From Promethearchaeota archaeon (lineage in GTDB: Archaea > Asgardarchaeota > Hermodarchaeia > Hermodarchaeales > Hermodarchaeaceae): a stretch of 64,000 bases of DNA. The notes below the pieces were generated by a model. It saw only the letters and a list, made by a program, of their open reading frames with translations. It made no database searches and was not told the origin of the DNA. Of the stretch, positions 38,420 through 47,589 are shown one piece after another (position 1 is the stretch's first letter; every line of letters starts with the position of its first letter). Location: the NCBI GenBank assembly GCA_048938385.1, contig JBHLMG010000008.1:1-64000 (forward strand). The letters are read 5' to 3'. Both the position numbers and the translations under genes were made by a program.

Positions 38420-38454
38420 ACCTCATTACGCGTCTTTTTCGAGGATTAGAAGGT

Positions 38455-38868
38455 TTATCGCTTCTGTTGACGGGCTGCCATCCACGCGATGAAAAGCAGT
38501 TGAGCAACAATGATCATGATGGGGTAGGAGATTGGATCAAAATAACCTACATCTGAGGTTACTAGAATTAACCCCACTTCATCGATAGCCAATCCAAGTC
38601 CGAGTCCGAAGAAAAGGGCGCTAAAAGCTTTTGCACGGCGACTTTCCCAGTACATCGCAATGAATCCACCAAAAGACATGAGGATAAGACCCCAGAGGAT
38701 ATGGTGGAAGTGGTAAATGCTGGTTTCAATGCTAATACCTGGACTCAAGACCTCTGTCACCAGGCGGGATACTACAACTGCAATCACATACCATACAAGA
38801 ACAAGTCCTGTTACTTGAGCAATCGACAATTCTTTTATTTTTTTACTCAGATCCACTGTTGTGCTCAT
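38455..38868 (-). CDS. Membrane protein with HFHH motif
   Basis: 4 TM; HFHHILWG, GLGLGLAIDE. Confidence 0.75.
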   Translation of the reverse strand: MSTTVDLSKKIKELSIAQVTGLVLVWYVIAVVVSRLVTEVLSPGISIETSIYHFHHILWGLILMSFGGFIAMYWESRRAKAFSALFFGLGLGLAIDEVGLILVTSDVGYFDPISYPIMIIVAQLLFIAWMAARQQKR

Positions 38869-39033
38869 TGGATCCGCTCCAATGAATGAGAAAGGAATGA
38901 TTACTGGTACAGTTGCCGGTTTGTATGATAAATAGCTTCGCTTCCTGAGTGGTGCTTTAACGATGCGGAGAGCATAGTTATTTAGGGGGGCTTCAACCTA
39001 TGATAGCCCACGAATCCTCAGAGTAGGTAAATA

Positions 39034-39434
39034 GTGTTGTTTCTCACTCCGCAACTATTGGCTGATTTTATAGCCTTTGGCATTGAAGTTGTGGTGGCCT
39101 TCGTTGCCTTCTTTTTGCAGGCCGCCTTTTAACTAGAGTAAATACCAAAATTACTGATGCCCTGTTTGTCGCATTACTGGGATTAATTGCACAACTAGTA
39201 ATCGACATCATAATGGGATACTACTTACCTCCCGGATTGAATCCACTTGTCGTTTTATCTTGGGATATTGTAGGATTACTCGCTACCTTCAGCATCTGGA
39301 TGATTCTTGTTCAGCATTTCTTTGATACACTCTTTTTCCGTGGTCTCACAATCGTTATCTTTGCGATTATTCTAATCGCTATCATTGACTTTGGAACTAG
39401 CTACCTTTTTCCTATATTATTTCCCGGACCATAA
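39034..39434 (+). pseudogene. Frameshifted membrane protein gene
   Basis: ORF 39034-39132 (hydrophobic) continues in the -1 frame from about 39117 (AGRLLTRVNTKITDALFVALLG...) into ORF 39213-39434; the junction is a T5 run. Confidence 0.6.
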
Positions 39435-39443
39435 CACAGCGAA

Positions 39444-39647
39444 TTAACGCTTGTAAAGATATGGTCTCGAGGATTCTTCATGTGTGTAGCGACCTGAGCA
39501 AAACGAGGCGATAATGAAAGCAACGAGAAGTATGACTAAACCGATGGCGAAAGGAAAAATTACGGGGTTAATGATTATTAGGATCCAAACAACAATAATT
39601 GCAATTAATACGAGGACGAGGGGGACTAAGATGTCAATAGTTCGCAT
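39444..39647 (-). CDS. Small 2-TM protein
   Basis: Two hydrophobic helices; ATG start. Confidence 0.6.
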   Translation of the reverse strand: MRTIDILVPLVLVLIAIIVVWILIIINPVIFPFAIGLVILLVAFIIASFCSGRYTHEESSRPYLYKR

Positions 39648-39788
39648 GTCAATTCCCTTTTTTCACATTTCAGATAATCTTTACGAAATATTCAGACTTC
39701 AAAGCGTTGTCATATGAAATGTAGAGTTAAAAGGTGTAAGGGCATATAGAATAAGAATCCATTCACTGGATACGCAATCTTAACGGAA

Positions 39789-40496
39789 GTGCCTAAGACA
39801 ATGACAAAAACGCAGATGATGCCAATTCACACATCTTGGTTTCAAGGTCCTTTAGCCTATACTAACTCTGAGATGACCCAAGTCATATTTACTCCTACCA
39901 AAGCTTGTTTTGAACGCCTACTCCCTAAGCCCTTGGCACCTGGACTTCTGGCGGGCGCTTATCTTGCAAGATTCCGAAACTCTCCTTTTGGTGACTTCTG
40001 GGAGGCAGCCATAGTTTTTCAGTGCACATTTGGAGAGCATTATGGTGTTTTTTGTACTTCGATGTATACTGATAACATTCCATCCTTGGTGGCCCATCGT
40101 GAGATCTGGGGCTTTCCTTCAAAACCAGCTAAAATCAAATACACCCGAAAAGAGAATCGCATTAAGGCACAAATCATCAGTAACAAAGTGCCAATCATGA
40201 AATTTGATGTTACCCTTGAAGGACCTGGAGAATGGATTGACACCGGTGATACTATCAACCTCAAAGTTATCCCCAGTGTTGATGGAAAAGGCACTGATGT
40301 GAAACATATTACCCGCGCAAAATTAGACTTCATAATCCATGAAGGGCAAGCAGGTGATGCAAAACTCATCTTTGGGCACACCCAAGAAGACCCCCTCGAC
40401 GAACTCTACGAAATCGAGAATATCGTTGCAGGCACATGGTTCCGAATCGACTTGACGACAAACCTCGGTTCTATACTCACCGAAATCAAAGAATAA
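39789..40496 (+). CDS. Acetoacetate decarboxylase family protein
   Basis: LLPKPL.P, FGDFWEA, REIWGFPSK, NLKVIP. Confidence 0.85.
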   Translation: MPKTMTKTQMMPIHTSWFQGPLAYTNSEMTQVIFTPTKACFERLLPKPLAPGLLAGAYLARFRNSPFGDFWEAAIVFQCTFGEHYGVFCTSMYTDNIPSLVAHREIWGFPSKPAKIKYTRKENRIKAQIISNKVPIMKFDVTLEGPGEWIDTGDTINLKVIPSVDGKGTDVKHITRAKLDFIIHEGQAGDAKLIFGHTQEDPLDELYEIENIVAGTWFRIDLTTNLGSILTEIKE

Positions 40497-40759
40497 TCCC
40501 TACGATTCGTATTCCCCCAGTATTAACCAACTAGATTGTGGTCCCAATCATTTTGTATCTTTGAATGGGGAGCTTTTAGGATTGAAAACACGAATAGCAT
40601 ACAATCAACATATGATGCTGATCCCTTCACAGAAAACCTAAAACGCTCATGAGCGGTGTGCAAGAAAGCGGTTGTCCTGAACGGCTAGTTGGGTACTTTC
40701 TTGCATGTCAGGTTGAGTCCTTTATAGCATGATGTGCATTTCAGCTAGCGGTGAGTCTT

Positions 40760-41077
40760 TTGGGGCGTACTGTACCCACTTATCGCTTGCAATTGGAAAA
40801 GGAACGTCGTTGCTGGGGTATGTTCCGTACAGCGCTTCGTGCCGATGAGCAGCCTGCCTTCGATAACCTCTTCACCTACGCTAGGACCTACGCTGATGCT
40901 GCAAGCGCGGTAGCCCGACCCTGCGCGTCGGAGGCTATTTTCATGTCGATGATTCTGGGGCTCTACCAAGAAGTGCAACGGCTTCGTTTAGCCCTAGCCA
41001 CCGTTGCTGGTGCTGTTAGTCCTGTTGCGAACACCAACTATCACCGCTCCATTCGACAGGTCCAGGCAGGACCTTAA
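40760..41077 (+). CDS. PolB2-associated small protein (PPB2/arCOG07300-like)
   Basis: MGRTVPTYR..LE.E...W..FR.ALR..EQ..FD.LF..AR..ADA......P...EAIFMS; SD GGTGA before TTG. Confidence 0.8.
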   Translation: MGRTVPTYRLQLEKERRCWGMFRTALRADEQPAFDNLFTYARTYADAASAVARPCASEAIFMSMILGLYQEVQRLRLALATVAGAVSPVANTNYHRSIRQVQAGP

Positions 41078-41140
41078 TCTGCTTGCCTGAATCGGTTAAG
41101 TTTTTAGTAGTAACATTGGGAGGTTGCCTGAATTGAGGCG

Positions 41141-42340
41141 TTGCCCTTGACTCCCAAACATTGGACCTTTTTTCTTTTGGTCGCTTTTGGTCTCTTCTCT
41201 TTAAGGCCTGAGGGTATCGCTGATTACACTCTCTTAGTTTCCCAAGTCCCTGATTATTGGCCTACCCAAGGTTGGCAAGTCTCATCCCCTGAGTTACAGG
41301 GGATGAACCCAATAATTTTGCAGGAGATGCATGCCTTCATTGAAGACGGCAATTTCCCATTGGAGGCTCTTTTAGTGGTCCGGCATGGATATCTCATCTA
41401 TGAGCATTATCCAAGTTCGTTCTACGATGAAGATGACCTGCACATCATCTATTCTTGCACTAAAAGCATCATATCGGCTTTGACCGGTATCGCCTTGCAA
41501 TACGGGTATCTAACAAGTATCAATCAGTTGGTAGTCGACATTTTCTCAGACCGAACTATCGCAAATTTGGATGCACGTAAGGAAGCCATCACAATAGAAC
41601 ATCTTCTAACTATGACGGCTGGTTTCGATTGGGATGATGATGTGAATTTCTTCGCAATGCAAAGTAGTGGAAACTGGGTTCAATATGTGCTAGATTGTCC
41701 TATGAGAGCTAATCCAGGATCAGAATGGGAGTATAATTCGGGAGCGTCACATTTGTTATCTGCAATGATTAATGAGAATTCGCTAACTGGTACGATGACC
41801 TTTGCAGAAATGAATCTCTTTGATCCCTTAGGCATCACCGATTACCTCTGGTTGACAGATGATCAAAATGTACCCTTTGGTGGCAGTTCTCTATTTCTTA
41901 CACCACGGGATATGGCTAAGTTCGGATTTCTTTACCTCCAGAATGGAAACTGGGCAGGTGAACAGGTTGTTCCTGAAAGCTGGGTGGAGGCTTCCACGAT
42001 ACCCCAGATATCTTTAGGGGGAAATACCGGCTATGGGTATCAATGGTGGACGAACGGGCAATTAGAATCCTTTGAAGCTCGTGGTTATGCAGGGCAGTAC
42101 ATCATTGTGATTCCCGAGCACGATATGGTAATCGTATTTACTGCAAATGATTTAGGATTTCAGGTTCCTGTAGGGACATTGATTTATGATTACATACTTG
42201 CTGCCATTCAAGAACTACCAATAGGTCTATTTGAACTCATTCCCTGGCCAGTGCTAGTTATTCTTGGCGTGGCAATAATAGGGCCCACAATTGTTGGCGT
42301 TGGGTATTGGTTCCTTCGACGCCGAAGGCAATCGATTTAA
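41141..42340 (+). CDS. Membrane-anchored serine hydrolase (class C beta-lactamase-like)
   Basis: SCTK (SxxK), LLTMTAG, YNS, GYGYQWW, ARGYAGQ; C-terminal TM + RRRR. Confidence 0.9.
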   Translation: MPLTPKHWTFFLLVAFGLFSLRPEGIADYTLLVSQVPDYWPTQGWQVSSPELQGMNPIILQEMHAFIEDGNFPLEALLVVRHGYLIYEHYPSSFYDEDDLHIIYSCTKSIISALTGIALQYGYLTSINQLVVDIFSDRTIANLDARKEAITIEHLLTMTAGFDWDDDVNFFAMQSSGNWVQYVLDCPMRANPGSEWEYNSGASHLLSAMINENSLTGTMTFAEMNLFDPLGITDYLWLTDDQNVPFGGSSLFLTPRDMAKFGFLYLQNGNWAGEQVVPESWVEASTIPQISLGGNTGYGYQWWTNGQLESFEARGYAGQYIIVIPEHDMVIVFTANDLGFQVPVGTLIYDYILAAIQELPIGLFELIPWPVLVILGVAIIGPTIVGVGYWFLRRRRQSI

Positions 42341-42373
42341 TAAGACATTACTCCACACAACATTCCAGAAGGT

Positions 42374-43030
42374 TTGGTAGAAGTTGTGGCGCCCATGATA
42401 CATGATGTCCTCATTGTCCATCGTCAAACTGAACTTCCTCTCTTTCATCATATTCCTGGCGAGAAGAGTAAGCTTGCAGAAATGGGTATGGATGCACAAT
42501 TATTCTCTCAGCTAGCGGTGACAATTGTTCGAGTTCTCCGCTCTGCTGGTGCGCTTGAACGGGTTCGACTATTACAGGCTAAAATGGCATTCAATGTCTT
42601 TGAAAACCTTGTGTTCGCGATTCTAGCTTCCAATGACCATGATGAGTTCGAGCTAAACCATGCCCTAAATAGGTTCAGTTCTTTGTTCTTGCAATCCTAT
42701 ACTCCTGAGATTATTCAGCAATATAAAGACCAACTTCTCAGCTTCAATGGCTTCGATGTTCGAACCATTTTCCGAAGTGATCGTGTGGTAATAAGCGATA
42801 CAGATACTTTGATGAAAAGTATGATACAACGCCTTGCGGATATGATTGCAGTTACAGGAAGACTGCAACAGGAAGCAAGTATGTTAGCTGAAAAACATAG
42901 CTTGGATGGCACGGTTATCATGAGCATAACTGCAATGCATCAGGAGCTAACAAATAAATTGGAGGCTTTTAAGTCACAAATGGACCAGTTTCCAGCGCTA
43001 TCTGGACCTCACTTCCCTGGATCGCACTGA
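42374..43030 (+). CDS. Longin/roadblock-like domain protein with coiled-coil tail
   Basis: MIHDVLIVH..T.LPLF, D.QLFS.L...I, F...F...Y......F..F pattern typical of Asgard longin-like proteins. Confidence 0.6.
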   Translation: MVEVVAPMIHDVLIVHRQTELPLFHHIPGEKSKLAEMGMDAQLFSQLAVTIVRVLRSAGALERVRLLQAKMAFNVFENLVFAILASNDHDEFELNHALNRFSSLFLQSYTPEIIQQYKDQLLSFNGFDVRTIFRSDRVVISDTDTLMKSMIQRLADMIAVTGRLQQEASMLAEKHSLDGTVIMSITAMHQELTNKLEAFKSQMDQFPALSGPHFPGSH

Positions 43031-43114
43031 ATACCAAATCATCGTATTAGCATTGTTGCAATATTGTTCATGAGCTATTAGATTAATAACTGGAATGGGT
43101 GTTATGTATCACAG

Positions 43115-43351
43115 GTGTTAGTGTTGCCCGTCGTTGTTTATGTGCTAATTCGGGTTGAAGCTGGAAAGGTATGGGATGTGGCCCAAGCCATTGGGAAGAT
43201 TCCGGGAGTCAACCGATCTAATGTTGTTACTGGCCCATATGATGTGATTGCTTATGCAGTCTTACCTTCCACGGAGGATCTCCGGAAGTTAATGGAAGGG
43301 ATTCATGGAGTTGATGGGGTTACGCGAACTGAAACATGCATCGCGATTTAA
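43115..43351 (+). CDS. Stand-alone Lrp/AsnC ligand-binding (RAM) domain protein
   Basis: YVLI.VEAG, VTGPYDVIA, GV.RTETC. Confidence 0.88.
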   Translation: MLVLPVVVYVLIRVEAGKVWDVAQAIGKIPGVNRSNVVTGPYDVIAYAVLPSTEDLRKLMEGIHGVDGVTRTETCIAI

Positions 43352-43364
43352 TGTTGCCTTGTGG

Positions 43365-44219
43365 CTAGTCCCGTTTATACTCTCTGCGAACCTTCTTTGG
43401 GATTAATTCACTAAATGCTTGAAATATTTGCTTTTTGGCGGGTTCCAAATCACCTATGATATTGATTTTATCGATGTTGATTTCACCTAACCCGCGAGCT
43501 TGAGCTTCTTGTAACACCGGCATCTTAGTTGTATCAAATCCCACCATATGTGCACCAACTGCTTCAACAGCAAAAGCGTCCTTGCCGACGATGAGGAGTT
43601 CTGGAGAGACGGTGATTCGTTTCTTCTCCCAGCCAAGAAAGACATGCGTTGCGTCTAAAACGGCAAGGTCAATACCGCCAACGGCTTCATACATGTCAAG
43701 AAGAGCTGTGGGTAGGTGGTCATGGAATCGGTGTTTGTTCATGTCAAGAATTAATCCTAGTAAGTTCTTGATGACGAATCCCATGTTCATCAGATCTTCG
43801 AGTCCCGCCTTTTCATAGCGTCGAGGTACATGTGTGCTGATGAAGGTTATAGGGTCTAACAGGGTTTGGGCAAAGGGAACCTGTTCTCCGGCCACTTCAA
43901 CCAGTTGTTTGTTCCTATCCCTTGATAGATTGAATGGAATTGCTTTGTCGGTATAACACTCATTCCAGACCTCTAATCGTTTTAAACCAGGTCCTGCTCC
44001 ACTATCTGATTCAACGATCAGAATTTCTGAAGCCTGATCGAAGGCTGCAATGATGGAGTTTAGAGTTTTCACTGTGGAGCATATACCTGTCTTGGGGTTG
44101 TAGATTCCAACTTTAATCACAACCCTTTGCTTCGGAGAGTTAAGGCCGTCTAGTCCACCTAAAGTTTCAATAGCCTGTGTGAATGAATCACAGTTAACAA
44201 CTACCACAGTGGGGTTCAT
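43365..44219 (-). CDS. DUF362 family protein (divergent)
   Basis: VVIKVG, IVESD, IKNLLG, AVLDA, DAFAVE. Confidence 0.75.
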   Translation of the reverse strand: MNPTVVVVNCDSFTQAIETLGGLDGLNSPKQRVVIKVGIYNPKTGICSTVKTLNSIIAAFDQASEILIVESDSGAGPGLKRLEVWNECYTDKAIPFNLSRDRNKQLVEVAGEQVPFAQTLLDPITFISTHVPRRYEKAGLEDLMNMGFVIKNLLGLILDMNKHRFHDHLPTALLDMYEAVGGIDLAVLDATHVFLGWEKKRITVSPELLIVGKDAFAVEAVGAHMVGFDTTKMPVLQEAQARGLGEINIDKINIIGDLEPAKKQIFQAFSELIPKKVRREYKRD

Positions 44220-44782
44220 TGGAAACAGCTCATTCTTGTTTTAATTTCTTCTAACCCTTGTTTGAGTTCACAGTGGTGACATAGGGTCCCAAAGGGGATC
44301 AACCTCCATGAAAACAAGGGTAAATTTCTCGTTATGTGCGAATATTAAATCATTAAGTAATATTTATTTCTTATTGTATAAGACTAATTGGGCGTTCTGA
44401 GGCCAGTAAGGAAAGAATAATCTGGTTACCAGACCATTGCTGTAAATCTCTTCCTTTAGCGGAGTTTGTAATAATCTTGCCCATATACTCAAACTGGACA
44501 CCTAACTATACCATTGACTCCAGGTATCTAACCGTGTCCTACGCTGAATTGACAGGTACCATTTACGCCTTCCTATGCAAGCACTCAAACAATCTGAAAG
44601 GCTTGAGGCTTAGTGATCATTAGTGGTTGGGCAGGAGCAAAGAGGGTTTTAATGGTTCGAACCTAACTATGCATTTTGGAGGTGGTGTCGCATACAAATC
44701 CGATCAGGGGGTTTTTTCGTTCACCACTGTAGCGATAATAACAAAGACTGTTCCTGTCAGGTTATTCGTCTCTCTGTTACTG

Positions 44783-46183
44783 TTATTCATGTTCATGATT
44801 GTGGGTGTGAACATGGCTGGGATCGTAGAGGTTAGCAAGAGTTGTTACAATGAGTTCGGTGAGTGCAGGATGAATGTGCATTCCTTGGGCTAGCGTCCAC
44901 ATGTTACCACCAATTGCCATGATATCTACGACTTCTTGAATGAGCATTGGGGCGTACGGACCGATGATGTGAAATCCTAGGATTTTGTAAGTTGCCTTAT
45001 CGACAATGGCTTTAGCGAAACCGTCTTCTTCGACCATGGCTTCTCCTTTGGCTACATCGGAGTATCGTGCTGTTCCAACGAGTATTTCGTGTTTTTGAGC
45101 GGCTTCGTTTTGGGTAAGACCAACACCTGCAATTTGTGGATAAGTAAAGACTGCATAAGGGACTGCGTGATATTCCATTTTTTGTTTTTCATCACGGGTG
45201 GCGTTGTTCCAGGCGATTTGTGCTTCACGGTTAGCTACATGTTTGAACATGTAACGCCCCGTGACATCACCGAGAGCCCAGATATTCTTCTTACTGGTTT
45301 CGAGGTAATCATTGACGATGATGAATCCTCGGTTATCCGTTTTGACTCCGGTTTTGTCGACTTTGAGGACATCGGCGTTTGATCGACGCCCTGTTGCAAC
45401 AAGTATGCGTTCTGCAATAAATTCAGCAAGTTCGTTAGTTTCTTGGTTTTTCCCGATGACAACATCGCCTTGCTTTGTGTGTTTTACTTCAATTGCGGAA
45501 GTATTGGTATGAATTGCCATTCGGCGCGAGAGGGCTTTAAGTAATGTAGTAGAGATTTCAGGTTCGTTGTTAGGTACTAAGCGTGGTCCGCGTTGAATCA
45601 TAGTCACCTGCGATCCCATAGCTGCAAGGAAGTGCCCGTATTCTGCGGCAATATAGCCCCCTCCAATAATAGCCACACTTCTTGGTAATTTATCAATCTG
45701 CAGTAAGGTTTCATTAGTTAGATAGTCTACGGTTTCTAGGCCTTTTATGGGCGGAATTGAAGGTCGTGCTCCTGCCACAATGAAGATTTTCTTGCCTCGT
45801 ATCTGTTCTTCTGCGACCTCCATTGTATAATCATCAATGAAGTAACCTTCAGTTTCATAGAAATCAAGATTTTTAGCATGTTGTAATCCTGCTCGCATGT
45901 GAGCTAGACTTTCATCGATCGGTCGGCGCATCCGCGCCATAATTGCTTTAAAATCAATGTTTTTTATTTCAGCATCAATGCCTAATCGATGAGCTTCTTG
46001 AATTTCAACGACGCGATCTGCTGGATAGATCAACATCTTTGATGGAATGCAACCTACATTTAGGCAGGTACCGCCGAGTGGTCCCCGGTCAACATATGCG
46101 ACCTTGAAACCAGCGCGGTAGGCTGAGTCCAGAATGATGCCTCCTGAACCTGAGCCGATAACAATGACATCAAATTCCTTCAT
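44783..46183 (-). CDS. Dihydrolipoamide dehydrogenase / mycothione-reductase-like flavoprotein disulfide reductase
   Basis: GSGSGG, GGTCLNVGCIPSK, GGGYIA.E, ATGR, GD, HIHPALTE; His-rich tail. Confidence 0.9.
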   Translation of the reverse strand: MKEFDVIVIGSGSGGIILDSAYRAGFKVAYVDRGPLGGTCLNVGCIPSKMLIYPADRVVEIQEAHRLGIDAEIKNIDFKAIMARMRRPIDESLAHMRAGLQHAKNLDFYETEGYFIDDYTMEVAEEQIRGKKIFIVAGARPSIPPIKGLETVDYLTNETLLQIDKLPRSVAIIGGGYIAAEYGHFLAAMGSQVTMIQRGPRLVPNNEPEISTTLLKALSRRMAIHTNTSAIEVKHTKQGDVVIGKNQETNELAEFIAERILVATGRRSNADVLKVDKTGVKTDNRGFIIVNDYLETSKKNIWALGDVTGRYMFKHVANREAQIAWNNATRDEKQKMEYHAVPYAVFTYPQIAGVGLTQNEAAQKHEILVGTARYSDVAKGEAMVEEDGFAKAIVDKATYKILGFHIIGPYAPMLIQEVVDIMAIGGNMWTLAQGMHIHPALTELIVTTLANLYDPSHVHTHNHEHE

Positions 46184-46401
46184 GAGGCTAGTTGGATACA
46201 CTATCCTTAAAATAACTTCATAAATTCCAACTCAAAGATCTGATAAGGTATTACTGAACGCATTTTCGTTGGGACTTCAGTGAGGTGTTTTGAATTTTAA
46301 TTACTCTAAGGAGGTAGCTACTTGGCTTTTTTTCGTGGGTACAGAACTTTTTCAAGGAGTATTGTGTTAGTGCTTATAGCTCCTGGGAGGATGGCTGTGC
46401 C

Positions 46402-47589
46402 ATGCCAACTTTGGTAAAAACTGCTGCGCGTTTACAATCAGTATCCCCTAGTGGGTTACGCGAATTTTTTGAAATTGGGGCTAAGCTTTCGGCCAAGGGA
46501 GTTGATGTGATTTCCTTGGGGATTGGTGACCTTGATTTACCTCTACCCACATTCCTTGGTGACGCGATCGCCGACGCTTTTGCTACTGGGCAAACTCATT
46601 ATTCTTCGAATGCTGGAGTTCTGGAATTGCGTGAGGCAATTGCTAATAGGTATGAGAGCACATACCAACTCGATTATACTCCTGAGGAAGTTTTAGTTAC
46701 TTGTGGTGCCTTGGAAGGTCTGCTAGATATTATGCTTGCGTTAATTGATCCTGGAGATAGGGTGCTAATCCAGGATCCAGCTTTTGGTTATTTTGCTAAC
46801 CAAGCCATTATGGCTGGTGCAGAAGTAGAACTTATTCCCATGACAGTGGATTTTGATTTGAATGTAAACGCGTTTGATAGGGCCATTGAGAAATTTGGAC
46901 CTAAACTAGTAGTGATTAATTCCCCCTGCAATCCTACAGGTTCTGTCGCCTCACGGAAGAACATCAAAGAGATAGTGGCACTCACTAAGGAACATGATTG
47001 CATACTTGTTTCCGATGAATGCTATGAGTTCCTGCGTTACGATGGACATAAACACACATGTTCTGCTGAGTTTTCACAAGAGAATGTCATCGTCGTCAAC
47101 AGCTTTTCAAAGGCTCTGGCGATGACGGGTTTACGCTTAGGTTATGTAATTGCTCCCGCACAGTTGATGCGTCCAATCTATCAGGTCCACCAATACAATA
47201 CGGCTTGTGCTCCAACGCCAATCCAGGTGGGTGCTACTAAGACGATTACCAATGCTGAGGCTTTTCAGGGAATCATTGATCTTCATCGGAATGTGTTAAA
47301 TGAGCGGCGAAAAGTAGCCATCGAATGTTTCAAGCCCCTTGAGGGGTTCACTCTCACCTATGATCCAATTGCCGGTTTCTACCTCTTTCCCGATGTAACG
47401 GATACTGGCATGACCGGTCCCGAATTTGCCATTACACTCCTTGAGGAAACGGGGGTAATTGTGGTGCCAGGTGACCAATTTGGAAAAGCCTATCCAGATA
47501 ATATTCGAATTAGTGTAGGGTCGACTCCTCCAAACAGAATTCGTGAAGCAGCTTCACGCATCTCTTCATTCCTTGAGAAGAAGTGCTAG
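46402..47589 (+). CDS. PLP-dependent aminotransferase class I/II
   Basis: NSPCNPTG, SDECY, NSFSK.LAMTGLRLG. Confidence 0.93.
   Translation: MPTLVKTAARLQSVSPSGLREFFEIGAKLSAKGVDVISLGIGDLDLPLPTFLGDAIADAFATGQTHYSSNAGVLELREAIANRYESTYQLDYTPEEVLVTCGALEGLLDIMLALIDPGDRVLIQDPAFGYFANQAIMAGAEVELIPMTVDFDLNVNAFDRAIEKFGPKLVVINSPCNPTGSVASRKNIKEIVALTKEHDCILVSDECYEFLRYDGHKHTCSAEFSQENVIVVNSFSKALAMTGLRLGYVIAPAQLMRPIYQVHQYNTACAPTPIQVGATKTITNAEAFQGIIDLHRNVLNERRKVAIECFKPLEGFTLTYDPIAGFYLFPDVTDTGMTGPEFAITLLEETGVIVVPGDQFGKAYPDNIRISVGSTPPNRIREAASRISSFLEKKC

Noticed and set aside
44310-44782. Long intergenic region with short ORFs (about 48 aa near 44478, and 44627-44893)
   Set aside because: No motif or clear translation signals; the longer one overlaps the convergent reductase gene
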